This document shows positions 31,101-38,269 of a stretch of DNA of 64,000 nucleotides, piece after piece. The first letter of the stretch is position 1, and each line of letters begins with the position of its first letter. This stretch comes from Candidatus Kapaibacterium sp. (lineage in GTDB: Bacteria > Bacteroidota > Ignavibacteria > Kapaibacteriales > UBA2268): the NCBI GenBank assembly GCA_963665665.1, contig OY762428.1, positions 4,928,001 through 4,992,000 of the forward strand. Reading direction: 5' to 3'. The notes below the pieces were generated by a model. That model saw only the letters and a program-made list of their open reading frames with translations, did no database searches and was not told the DNA's origin. The position numbers and the translations under genes were made by a program.

Positions 31101-31563
31101 CTGTTTTGTTCTCTAAATGCAGGTTAAGAGTTTTTAATACTTCATCTCTATCATCCGGATGGAGTCGGGTTTTCCAAAGGTCAAATGAATTTGATTCTTC
31201 ATCAATATTTAAAATTTTTTTCCATGCATGACTGTAAAACACTTTGTTTTTGGAAATATTCCAGTCCCAAATGCCATCCTGAGATGCTTTCATTGCATAA
31301 TCGAAGCGCTGTTCGCTTTCTTTTAATTCTTTTTCATTAGCCAGTAATTGGCGGTTGGCAGCCCGTAATTGCTGTTCATTTGCCTGTAATTGCTGATTAG
31401 CAGCCCGTAATTGCTGTTCATTTGCCTGTAATTGCTGATTGGCAGCCCGTAATTGCTGTTCATTTGCTGCAAGCTGTTGATTGGCTGCTCTTAGCTGCTG
31501 CTCATTGGCTGACAACTGTTGATTGGCTGCTCGTAATTTAGAATCTGACGAATTTTTTCCCAT
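25177..31563 (-). CDS. Giant cytoplasmic hybrid histidine kinase: Gln-rich N-terminal repeat, 12 PAS/PAC, GAF, HisKA, HATPase, REC
   Basis: 12 DITERKxAE-type linkers; H-box KMESLGVIAGGIAHNFKN; NLLLNA, DTGIGI, PFFTTK, GHGLGL; receiver LDD...VILD...KP. Confidence 0.93.
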   Translation of the reverse strand: MGKNSSDSKLRAANQQLSANEQQLRAANQQLAANEQQLRAANQQLQANEQQLRAANQQLQANEQQLRAANRQLLANEKELKESEQRFDYAMKASQDGIWDWNISKNKVFYSHAWKKILNIDEESNSFDLWKTRLHPDDRDEVLKTLNLHLENKTEFWEMDHRLRTGDGNWIWVKGKGKVMEWDSEKNPVRMVGTMTDITDRKKAEQEIKKHTTFLNNSMEYSPFAMWIADAKGTVLRTNKALRDTLKLSDEQIVGKYNVFDDKNLSKPDIKEKIKKVITDFEPARFEVEWSGEKSEVESLEEAATFWIDVSLFPIQNADGELINVICQWIDITDRKQAEEKLRLSQERLQNTFDLSPSIIAKADLQSGHFIEANKAVTKFLGYSVEEFTSTPFMELIHPDDRHESAEEKDEQIKGKEVVSFENRYLCKDGTYKWIAWFGTKADKNGIVTAVGTDITEKKKAEAQIKTSEEKFRNLYEKSPFGIAICQMIKNDKNEFEDFIHIQLNESVKAHTGVDLDLLRGKKASELIDEATLKQMVDLYGNVISDSKTINYERHFDVYDRILEVTAFPLIDDYFIINFINITERKKAEEALKKSETKLKNIIENSTNLFYIHNAAGELTFISPQVKELLGYEPEEVMQKWKDFITDNPINDKAIKFTENALSTGKRQPTYELEMLRKDGKKIIVEVRESPVSENGNVISIVGSLTDISERKEAEDKIRESEAKFRSYIDNAPDGIFIANENGKYLEVNKAACDITGYTEQELLQKYIPDLLQKSEIEKGIQHFKKVKAEGFAQAEIGYVTKSGKNRFWEIDAVKLSDILFLGFVKDITARRKIQEEIKINEQRYRTAQEIGHVGNWEYNLKTTHFWGSDEAKKIYGFDPGAKNFTTDEVEECIPERENVHRALMDLIEKDKPYNLEFEIITKTKGESRIVHSIAILEKDEKGDPSKVSGVIHDITERKKAENIIRESEEKLRLLIDNSPLGICINDLEGNFILTNPAYENMLGYTKEELSDLSFFDITHPDYHTTNRSKFNKMTEGMNNRFEIQKKYIRKDGSLIDVLLHAGSIRDSEGNPTLGLAIVDDITEKNKVQARLIESETLFRNLFQKHSAVKLLIDPDDGRIVDANEAAAEYYGWSQTELRKMKISEINTLSKVEIDKELQKVRKRDIKNMEFKHKLSDGSVRDVSVYSSNVKYAGKDMLHSIIMDITERKKAEEKLKESEQQYRLLVDNINDLICEIDINGNYTYLSQNYKEVLGYEPDDLLGKPVSDLIHPEDLEASLKKYEKLTNNSGVSEDVWRFLHKDGSYRYIESKGRVYQYSEDEKRTVVISRDITDSKNAESKMKKLLSDQKILLDNDPSFIIYKDTENNIIKITDTVAKMTNLPKEEIEGKPSAEIYPTMADQYYEDDKEVLESGVPKMGYIEQLPTSDGSVKWLLTDKVPVKDENENIIGIIVFSTDITDLKKTQDALQEREQKLQRAEKIGKLGHVDWVVAEQRSYWSDEVFRIYEREPELDVPGYEEIMKLHTEEDAKRLETAVIEALQNARDYDLDLMAVMPSGKQKTLHIIGKPVQDDKGNITNIVGTVQDISDRIKAEEEIRRSRDEILLKNKISNAFVLRSEEMVFNKILKIVLDFLNCKFGYFGYITEQQSLICPSMTSDIWDKCRMSDKSIEFPIEVWGGIWGESLKTKKSIFQNEGLSLPDGHVQLRNALAVPIIYREKLIGQIGVADIKNGFDDKHLNFLEDICSYISPMLNSVLNQKRHEEELQRISKMESLGVIAGGIAHNFKNILTAMALSAEIAKARPEKSEKHLAKIIRAIDQASALATRFQTFSKTDQPVLEPVDINSIILEATEMALTGTSIVPKFELYNDIPKILLDAKRINEVLTNLLLNASQAMPKGGNIYIRSLINEGKDQLLNGNSIQIDIEDTGIGIPSDKINEIFTPFFTTKEGGHGLGLATVYNIIKKHNGEIKVYSTPGNGTTFSIFLPVNVPEKDNILKDSKNFKFKNLVTILMLDDNREILENIEDLFLEYNISITGFSDPELLVEEYQNSLDSRKYDLVILDLTLIGYNVDGLDVLRQLRKIDHNVRALVFSGHFDKPVVSNYQDYGFVGRIDKPLVLEQFLAEIKKAMAF
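31327..31536 (-). repeat. Five in-frame 42-nt repeats encoding LRAANQQLxANEQQ
   Basis: Residues ~10-79 of the kinase; the last copy is degenerate. Confidence 0.9.
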
Positions 31564-32283
31564 GATATCTTTTCAGTTTTTTTCTTAATTCCAACGTTTT
31601 AATAAAGTTAATTTTGAGTCCCCTTCAGTGTAGAAAATTTCACCGGTTTCAATATTGAAACGGACTGTTCTTCTTAAATACCCGCCTAATGATGTTGCGG
31701 AAACTTTTATTTTCAATTTTTTAAGTAGAGCAATAATAGAGATAGTGTTGTTTTTGCAGATTGTATCATCTGGTTTTTTTAGAACATTTCCTGCTCCAAT
31801 CAGGCATACTTCTATATTGGAAAATTCATCCCTGTTAATTGCCATAAATTGTAGTAATTTTTCAATTGCATCTTCGGCATATTTTGTCTTATTCTGATTT
31901 TCTGTAATAGGTGCTTTTCCAGGCAGCATAACATGAGCCATAGCACCAATTCGCTTTTCAATATTAAATGCAGCAATAACAATGCAGGAGCCAATCCCGT
32001 TGGAAATCAAAATATTATCAATATTGCCTTTTCCTACTTCTCCTGTCGATATGTTAATAATTTCTTTCATCTTTTTCAACTAACTTATAAAATTAATTCT
32101 TTTAGTAGTTTTTATTAATCATATCACCCTGCATGTTGAATTATAGACAGAATATAAGAAAATATTCTTAAACTTCCTTTCAAATTTTTAATACACCGGT
32201 CTGTCGATTTTCAATTTTGTAGAAAACATGGAATATCTTTTGGGAAATAAAAAAAATCAGGATTTTAACAATACAGGAAAATA
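31544..32283. repeat. ~740-bp direct duplication, copy 1 (upstream region + cheD + first codons of the sensor gene)
   Basis: Near-identical to 37401-38139 (offset ~5857). Confidence 0.92.
31585..32070 (-). CDS. cheD: CheD-family glutamine deamidase (copy 1)
   Basis: GIGSCIV catalytic Cys, AMAHVMLP catalytic His, KYAEDAI, LGGYLRRTVRF; 21 nt upstream of the kinase. Confidence 0.88.
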   Translation of the reverse strand: MKEIINISTGEVGKGNIDNILISNGIGSCIVIAAFNIEKRIGAMAHVMLPGKAPITENQNKTKYAEDAIEKLLQFMAINRDEFSNIEVCLIGAGNVLKKPDDTICKNNTISIIALLKKLKIKVSATSLGGYLRRTVRFNIETGEIFYTEGDSKLTLLKRWN

Positions 32284-32609
32284 CGGGTTAGTAGCGGATA
32301 AAGCCGGAAAATGTTGTACTGAATAAGGTGAAGAGTCTGTTCTTCAGGATTTTATCATAGAAACAAGTGTATTCTTTATTTCGATTCTGCCACAGCCGAA
32401 GAATTTTGTTCTTTCCCGGGGGCTTGAAAACGCATAATTTGGAGAAATTAATCCCTGAATATAATTGAATTTCAGCGATCCGGATCATATTCCTGTCGAA
32501 TTTTTACTTATTTCCCATCCGTACTCGTAATTGCCTGATATTATTGATATTAATATCATTGACACATCCTTCTGAAACGATTTTTTACAGCCAAAATCCC
32601 TTTTTCTGA

Positions 32610-32808
32610 GCCTTCCGAGCGTTCCCCCGTGCCTTCCGAGCGTTCCCTCGTGCTTTCCGAGCGTTCCCCCGACCCTGCCGAGCGTTCCCCCGTGCCTGCC
32701 GAGCGTTCCCCCGTCCTTTCCGAGCGTTCCCTCGTGCTTTCCGAGCGTTCCCCCGACCCTGCCGAGCGTTCCCCCGTGCCTGCCGAGCGTTCCCCTGAGC
32801 TTTCCGAG
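32610..32808. repeat. GC-rich tandem array of nine 21-nt units plus a partial unit (core ccgagcgttcccc)
   Basis: Counted directly; an 84-nt higher-order pattern is visible. Confidence 0.92.
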
Positions 32809-33208
32809 ACACTTTTTCAGGTAAAATTTTACTCAGAAAAGACATAGTTTCACTTTTTTGATATAGAATTTCGTTCTATTAGTCAGTTCGTTCCCCTCGA
32901 TCAATTGATGTTTTAATGGGGAAGTAGCCCAATTCGCTATGGCGATGAAAATATTCAGTTCAAAAATATTGAAGTTTGCTATGCCCGGCAAACTTAATGA
33001 TCATTTTGCACAGAATTTCAATCGGATGAGGGTAGAGATAACTAAGTCACAATATGTATCAGGTTTCGGAGAGTATAATCTTGCAATACAAGCTTTAGTC
33101 CCCGATGTTTGATACTGTACCGATTTAAATGTTAGATAAAGTTAACCCGGGGACTATTATCTTAAACCAGTCCGCGGATTTATTTCTTTTTAAGTTGTAA
33201 GTTATCAC

Positions 33209-33259
33209 TTACTTCTACTCAATCTTTGCGGACGGCTTGCTTGAAATATCATAAGTAAC
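33209..33259 (-). pseudogene. Decayed 51-nt copy of the guaA 3' end (att-like scar)
   Basis: Minus strand reads [15 protein letters not shown] versus gua[17 protein letters not shown]; 44/51 nt identical to 51717-51767. Confidence 0.8.
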
Positions 33260-33328
33260 GCAGCTGATAGCGCTGTTTTCAGTATTTATAAATAATTTGA
33301 ATGAATCTTCATATAAATATTATTTTGA

Positions 33329-36300
33329 TCATTCGTCAGGAATCCAATATTTTGCTTTTTTACCAAATTTTTCAAGTAGTCTGTTTATCTCCTTTTTTAA
33401 TTCGATCATTTTCAACTCCCTGTCCACAGATGCTTTATTGAATATTTCCAATTGGGACATCCTGTTTTTTAATTTTTGTTCAGCTGTCTTACGTTCAGTT
33501 AATAATCTTGATAGTACTAAGTTGCTGTAGCTTTGCGCAGAAATCAATCTGGCAAATTCTGAGAAAAATCTAATTGCACTTTCAACAGTAGTTCTGCTAT
33601 ATTTGGGCACCTTCTTAACTGCTTCAAGATAGCTGTCTTCATCATACCCATATTTTTTTGCCTGATCTCGAAAAAGTTTAAAATCAAGTATCTCATCAAC
33701 ATAGAAAAATTGTCCGAAGAAAATATTCCCAATATGCTGTCCGGCAATTTCAATCGGTGCAGCAGATTCCCACAGGTTATTTTTACATTTATATAGCTTA
33801 AACTCTCCTGAAGCTACACCGTGCGAAAGCAAGGTATCACTATCAATACAGTTTTTTTCTGATTCAGGATTTGTTCTGTGGAATTTTTTACAAATGTCTC
33901 TCCAACCAACACTGGCCAGAATATTTCCTTTTAAATCTGTAATACCAATGCACATCCCTGTCATATTATTCAAACTATCCATGAGTAACTGTATTGTTTC
34001 CATATCTAAAATATCCGAGAGTTCAAGGCTTGATATATCACCGTCCGGCCTGGTGATAGCGGATAGTTTTCTTCGTACAGATGCTTCGCTTTCAATTAAT
34101 GCATTTTTTGTCTCTACCTTTTCGGTAACATCAAAAACGATCCCTTCATATAGAATAATATTTCCTGAGGAATCCCTTCTGATTTTCGTTCTATCTTCTA
34201 CCCATTTAATTTCCCGATATTTTGTTATTATTCTGTATGGCTTGTGATAGAAAAAATCAGGCATATCAGGTTTACTGTGAGTAGCTAATTCAGTCGACAC
34301 CCTGTCAATGTCTTCTTTATGTATTAAGTCACCATATTTTACTTTGCCCGAAACAAAATCACTATCCGAATAGCCAAATAATTCGGAAACATTTTCAGTA
34401 ACAAATCCAACGGGCCAACCTTTTTCATTTTTCCATTGAAAGGCTACAACCGGACTACTGTTAATTATTGAATTAGCTTTTTGGAGAGCTTCTTCTGCTA
34501 ATTTTTGTTTTTGCTGAACTGCAATAACCGGAGCAATATAATCAGCTATTTCCTGTAATAAATTAAAATCATTATCAGTATAATCAGATGCCTTGTTTCC
34601 TACTGAAATCAAACCAATACTTTTATTTTGGTACACCAGTGGTATGGTTAGAAAGCGGTCAACAGGTAAATGCCCATCAGGAACCTTAAATGGTTTGTTG
34701 GAATATGCACCTTTTTTATTTAGCAGCCCCTTGCCCCAAATTGAATCACTCCAGGATTCTTTTGGGAAGACAATCGTTTTGTCCATCATTTTACATTCAT
34801 CCCAGATATCTTTTGTCATCGAGGGACAAACTAAGTCTCCAAAGTCATCTATATAACCAAATACACCATGTTTGCTATTCAATAATTGTAGTATAGCATC
34901 CAACACACAGGCATACAAATCATCTTCTTCTTTTGAAAGTAAGAGTTGTGAGATTTGACTTTTCGCATTGATTATTAGTTCCTGCTTTTTTCTATCTGTG
35001 ATATCTTTATAATCTTCAACAATCCCAATCAACCCACCTTGATCGTCTTTTAAAGGGGTTGTTGTCTTAATTGTAGGAATTTCTTTTCCATCTGGCCCTT
35101 TCTTGTAAATTTCAGTTTCAATCCTTTTATCTGGGTTTTCTTTGAATAACTTTATCGGGCAATCATCGGTATTACAGTTATCCCCCCAGAACACATCATA
35201 ACAATATTTTCCTAATATTTCCTCCTGGGTTAGTCCAACCATTTTACAGAAGGTATCATTCACTCTTTTGATCTTATAATCAGTTCCTACAACACGCATT
35301 CCATCAGCAGCAGTGTTAAATATTGTTTTTAATTCTTCTTCAGCTTTTATTCTTTCAGTTATGTTCTGTACAAAAGCGAAATAAAAAGAAATTTCGCCAT
35401 TCTCATCCAAACTACAATGGACTGTTAATTCAACAGGAATTCTTTCACCATTTTTTCTAATATATTCTTTTTCATATGTTACTGGCTGCCCGGTTTCGTG
35501 TAATTTTTTTAGTTCTCTGAATTCATGTTCCAGCCAATCACTGGGAGTTAATACATTATTCCAGTCAATTTTTTGAAGCTCCTCCTGAGTATAGCCTGTG
35601 ATATTCTGATACATTTTATTGCTTCTGCCAAGCCTGCCATCCGGATATCCAATTGCCACACCAACTGATGAATTATGCACAATATCTGACCAAAATTTAG
35701 AATCTTTATATGCAGAAATCAATTCTTGATTGGCAGCACGTAATTGCTGTTCATTTGCCTGTAATTGCTGATTGGCAGCACGTAATTCTTCTTCAGCTTT
35801 TATTTTTTCTGTTATGTCTTCAGAGTATATAAAAAAGGTTCTGGTTCCTTTAATTATGGTCCCAAGGCTTTTTATCGTCCGATAAATTCCTCTTTTGTCC
35901 TTGAACCGGTACGTGACTTCAGCTGACCCTGACTTTTCAGCTTCTTCAAAAGCTGATGATACTTTGGCCTGATCTTCCTCATGAATAAATGCAAATGAGT
36001 TTACTCCTAAAAGTTCCGTATCTGTATATCCTAATACGGTTTCAACAGAACTATTAATTTCGAGATAGTTTCCATTTTCATCGATATGTCCAAACATAAT
36101 AGGTGCATTGTCAAAAAGAGTTCTATAATGTGATTCCCTTTCTTTTATTGTTTCTTCAGCTTTTATTTTTTCAGTTATATCATAAGAATAAGCTGTTATC
36201 CCCAAAATATTGTTATTCTCATCATAAATAGGATTTATATGGATACTATAATACCTTTTTTGTTTATCTCCATAGACTTCTCTTGAAACAATGCTTTCTC

Positions 36301-37420
36301 CTTTAAATCCTTTATCATATATATGCCTGATGTTTTGTATATCCTTTTTGCTGGTCATAAATTCAAATATGCATTTCCCGAGTTCAGGAGTTTTGTTATA
36401 AGCTGCTTTCATCACATTCTTATGGGTATTATTGAAATATAAATAACGGTATTCCTTATCCAAGCTAAGAATGATCATATCCACAGGACTTTCCACACTT
36501 GCTCTTAAAAGTAGCTCTTTTCTTTTAAGTTCTTCTTCTGCTTCTTTCCACTCCGTTACATCCTGGAAAGTGCCTTTTAATTTTATAACTTTTCCATCTC
36601 TAATTTCCGGTTTGCATGTCGTACGAGTAATAAGATGTTTCCCTTTTGCAGTGATAAAGCGTAAAAAAAGGTCATAGGGCTCACCATTGGTTGATGCTTT
36701 TGTTAATGCTTCCTGCAGGATTGCCCGGTCCTCGTGATGGAAGTAGTTTATTGCTTCATCAATAGGGGGCTTGTGGCTTTTGTTTACTTGATGTATACGG
36801 TAGGTTTCATCCGACCAGGTTACTTCATTAGTACCGACATCTACTTCCCAGCCACCAACTCTTGCCATTTTACCTGTATTTTCAATCAGTTGGCTTTTTT
36901 TCTTTAGTTCTGTTTCGCTGGCTGCAAGCTGCTGATTGGCTGCTCTTAATTGCTGTTCACTGGCTATAAGCTTCTGGTTTGATTTCTCCAATGTAAATTG
37001 AGCATTTTTAATATCGGTTATTACCTGGAAGAATACGGAAATCTTATTCTCACTATAATATATATTTACATTATACCAGTTGCTATATGGTTCAATTCCA
37101 AAATAGGTTTCAAATTTAAAAGATATCTTTTCGTCGAAAGCTTTTCTGTAATTTGATTCAAAAACAGAGTTCTTAGCTTCAGGAAATGCCTGGAATAGGG
37201 GTTTGTTAATAACATCTTCTGCTGCTTTTCCAAGTAGATCTTCAGCAGCTTTATTAAAATATGTTACAAGCAAATCTTTTGTTTCCAGAACAAAAAAGCC
37301 ATCATTAATGCTTTCAAGAACTGATTTTAGTTGTTCATTAACAGCTTCTAATTGCTGTTCTTTAGCTTTGAGCTGTTGATTAGCTGCTAATAGCTGGTGT
37401 TCTGACGAATTTTTTCCCAT
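33329..37420 (-). CDS. Multi-sensor protein (7 PAS, GAF, PocR, Gln-rich linkers) with no kinase or other output domain
   Basis: PAS linkers; GAF with CPSMTKDIWDEC; PocR-like DMETIQLLMDSL...WRDICKKFHR...YKCKNNL...IFFGQF; ends RELKMIELKKEINRLL. Confidence 0.87.
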   Translation of the reverse strand: MGKNSSEHQLLAANQQLKAKEQQLEAVNEQLKSVLESINDGFFVLETKDLLVTYFNKAAEDLLGKAAEDVINKPLFQAFPEAKNSVFESNYRKAFDEKISFKFETYFGIEPYSNWYNVNIYYSENKISVFFQVITDIKNAQFTLEKSNQKLIASEQQLRAANQQLAASETELKKKSQLIENTGKMARVGGWEVDVGTNEVTWSDETYRIHQVNKSHKPPIDEAINYFHHEDRAILQEALTKASTNGEPYDLFLRFITAKGKHLITRTTCKPEIRDGKVIKLKGTFQDVTEWKEAEEELKRKELLLRASVESPVDMIILSLDKEYRYLYFNNTHKNVMKAAYNKTPELGKCIFEFMTSKKDIQNIRHIYDKGFKGESIVSREVYGDKQKRYYSIHINPIYDENNNILGITAYSYDITEKIKAEETIKERESHYRTLFDNAPIMFGHIDENGNYLEINSSVETVLGYTDTELLGVNSFAFIHEEDQAKVSSAFEEAEKSGSAEVTYRFKDKRGIYRTIKSLGTIIKGTRTFFIYSEDITEKIKAEEELRAANQQLQANEQQLRAANQELISAYKDSKFWSDIVHNSSVGVAIGYPDGRLGRSNKMYQNITGYTQEELQKIDWNNVLTPSDWLEHEFRELKKLHETGQPVTYEKEYIRKNGERIPVELTVHCSLDENGEISFYFAFVQNITERIKAEEELKTIFNTAADGMRVVGTDYKIKRVNDTFCKMVGLTQEEILGKYCYDVFWGDNCNTDDCPIKLFKENPDKRIETEIYKKGPDGKEIPTIKTTTPLKDDQGGLIGIVEDYKDITDRKKQELIINAKSQISQLLLSKEEDDLYACVLDAILQLLNSKHGVFGYIDDFGDLVCPSMTKDIWDECKMMDKTIVFPKESWSDSIWGKGLLNKKGAYSNKPFKVPDGHLPVDRFLTIPLVYQNKSIGLISVGNKASDYTDNDFNLLQEIADYIAPVIAVQQKQKLAEEALQKANSIINSSPVVAFQWKNEKGWPVGFVTENVSELFGYSDSDFVSGKVKYGDLIHKEDIDRVSTELATHSKPDMPDFFYHKPYRIITKYREIKWVEDRTKIRRDSSGNIILYEGIVFDVTEKVETKNALIESEASVRRKLSAITRPDGDISSLELSDILDMETIQLLMDSLNNMTGMCIGITDLKGNILASVGWRDICKKFHRTNPESEKNCIDSDTLLSHGVASGEFKLYKCKNNLWESAAPIEIAGQHIGNIFFGQFFYVDEILDFKLFRDQAKKYGYDEDSYLEAVKKVPKYSRTTVESAIRFFSEFARLISAQSYSNLVLSRLLTERKTAEQKLKNRMSQLEIFNKASVDRELKMIELKKEINRLLEKFGKKAKYWIPDE

Positions 37421-38139
37421 GATATCTTTTCAGTTTTTTTCTTAATTCCAACGTTTTAATAAAGTTAATTTTGAGTTCCCTTCAGTGTAGAAAATTTCAC
37501 CGGTTTCAATATTGAAACGGACTGTTCTTCTTAAATACCCGCCTAATGATGTTGCTGAAACTTTTATTTTCAATTTTTTAAGTAGAGCTATAATAGAGAG
37601 AACGTTGTTTTTGCAGATTGTATCATCTGTTTTTTTTAGAACATTTCCTGCTCCAATCAGGCATACTTCTATATTGGAAAATTCATCCATGTTAATTGCC
37701 ATAAATTGTAGTAATTTTTCAATTGCATCTTCGGCATATTTTGTCTTATTCTGATTTTCTGTAATAGGTGCTTTTCCCGGCAGCATAACATGAGCCATAG
37801 CACCAATTCGCTTTTTAATATTAAATGCAGCAATAACAATGCAGGAGCCAATCCCGTTGGAAATCAAAATATTATCAATATTGCCTTTTCCTACTTCTCC
37901 TGTTGATATGTTAATAATTTCTTTCATCTTTTCAACTAACTTATAAAATCAATTACTTAGTAGTTTTTTATTAATCATATCACCCCTACATGTTGAATTG
38001 TAGACAGAATATAAGAAAATATTCTTAAACTTCCTTTCAAATTTTAATACATTGGTCTGTCGATTTTCAATTTTTTGTAGAATACCAGGAATATCTTTTG
38101 AAAAATACAAAATCAGGATTTTAACAATAAAGGAAAATA
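37401..38139. repeat. ~740-bp direct duplication, copy 2
   Basis: Near-identical to 31544-32283. Confidence 0.92.
37442..37927 (-). CDS. cheD: CheD-family glutamine deamidase (copy 2)
   Basis: Same catalytic motifs; 6 aa differences from copy 1 over 161 aa; 21 nt upstream of the sensor gene. Confidence 0.88.
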   Translation of the reverse strand: MKEIINISTGEVGKGNIDNILISNGIGSCIVIAAFNIKKRIGAMAHVMLPGKAPITENQNKTKYAEDAIEKLLQFMAINMDEFSNIEVCLIGAGNVLKKTDDTICKNNVLSIIALLKKLKIKVSATSLGGYLRRTVRFNIETGEIFYTEGNSKLTLLKRWN

Positions 38140-38269
38140 ATGTATTTTAGGAATCAGATGAGAAATTCGAAATACTTATATACTTATTTCGATTCAAACA
38201 GATATAAGAATATAGTGTTTACAGTTTATACATTTATTGAATAATTGATAATTTTGTAAGGCGGCCTGC

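Noticed and set aside
32288-32488. 66-aa ORF next to the GC-rich array
   Set aside because: No recognisable motif or RBS; could be decayed sequence, but I cannot assign it
31585-37927. cheD genes as part of a chemotaxis operon
   Set aside because: No MCP, cheA, cheW, cheY, cheB, cheR or cheC in the window; they could exist elsewhere in the genome
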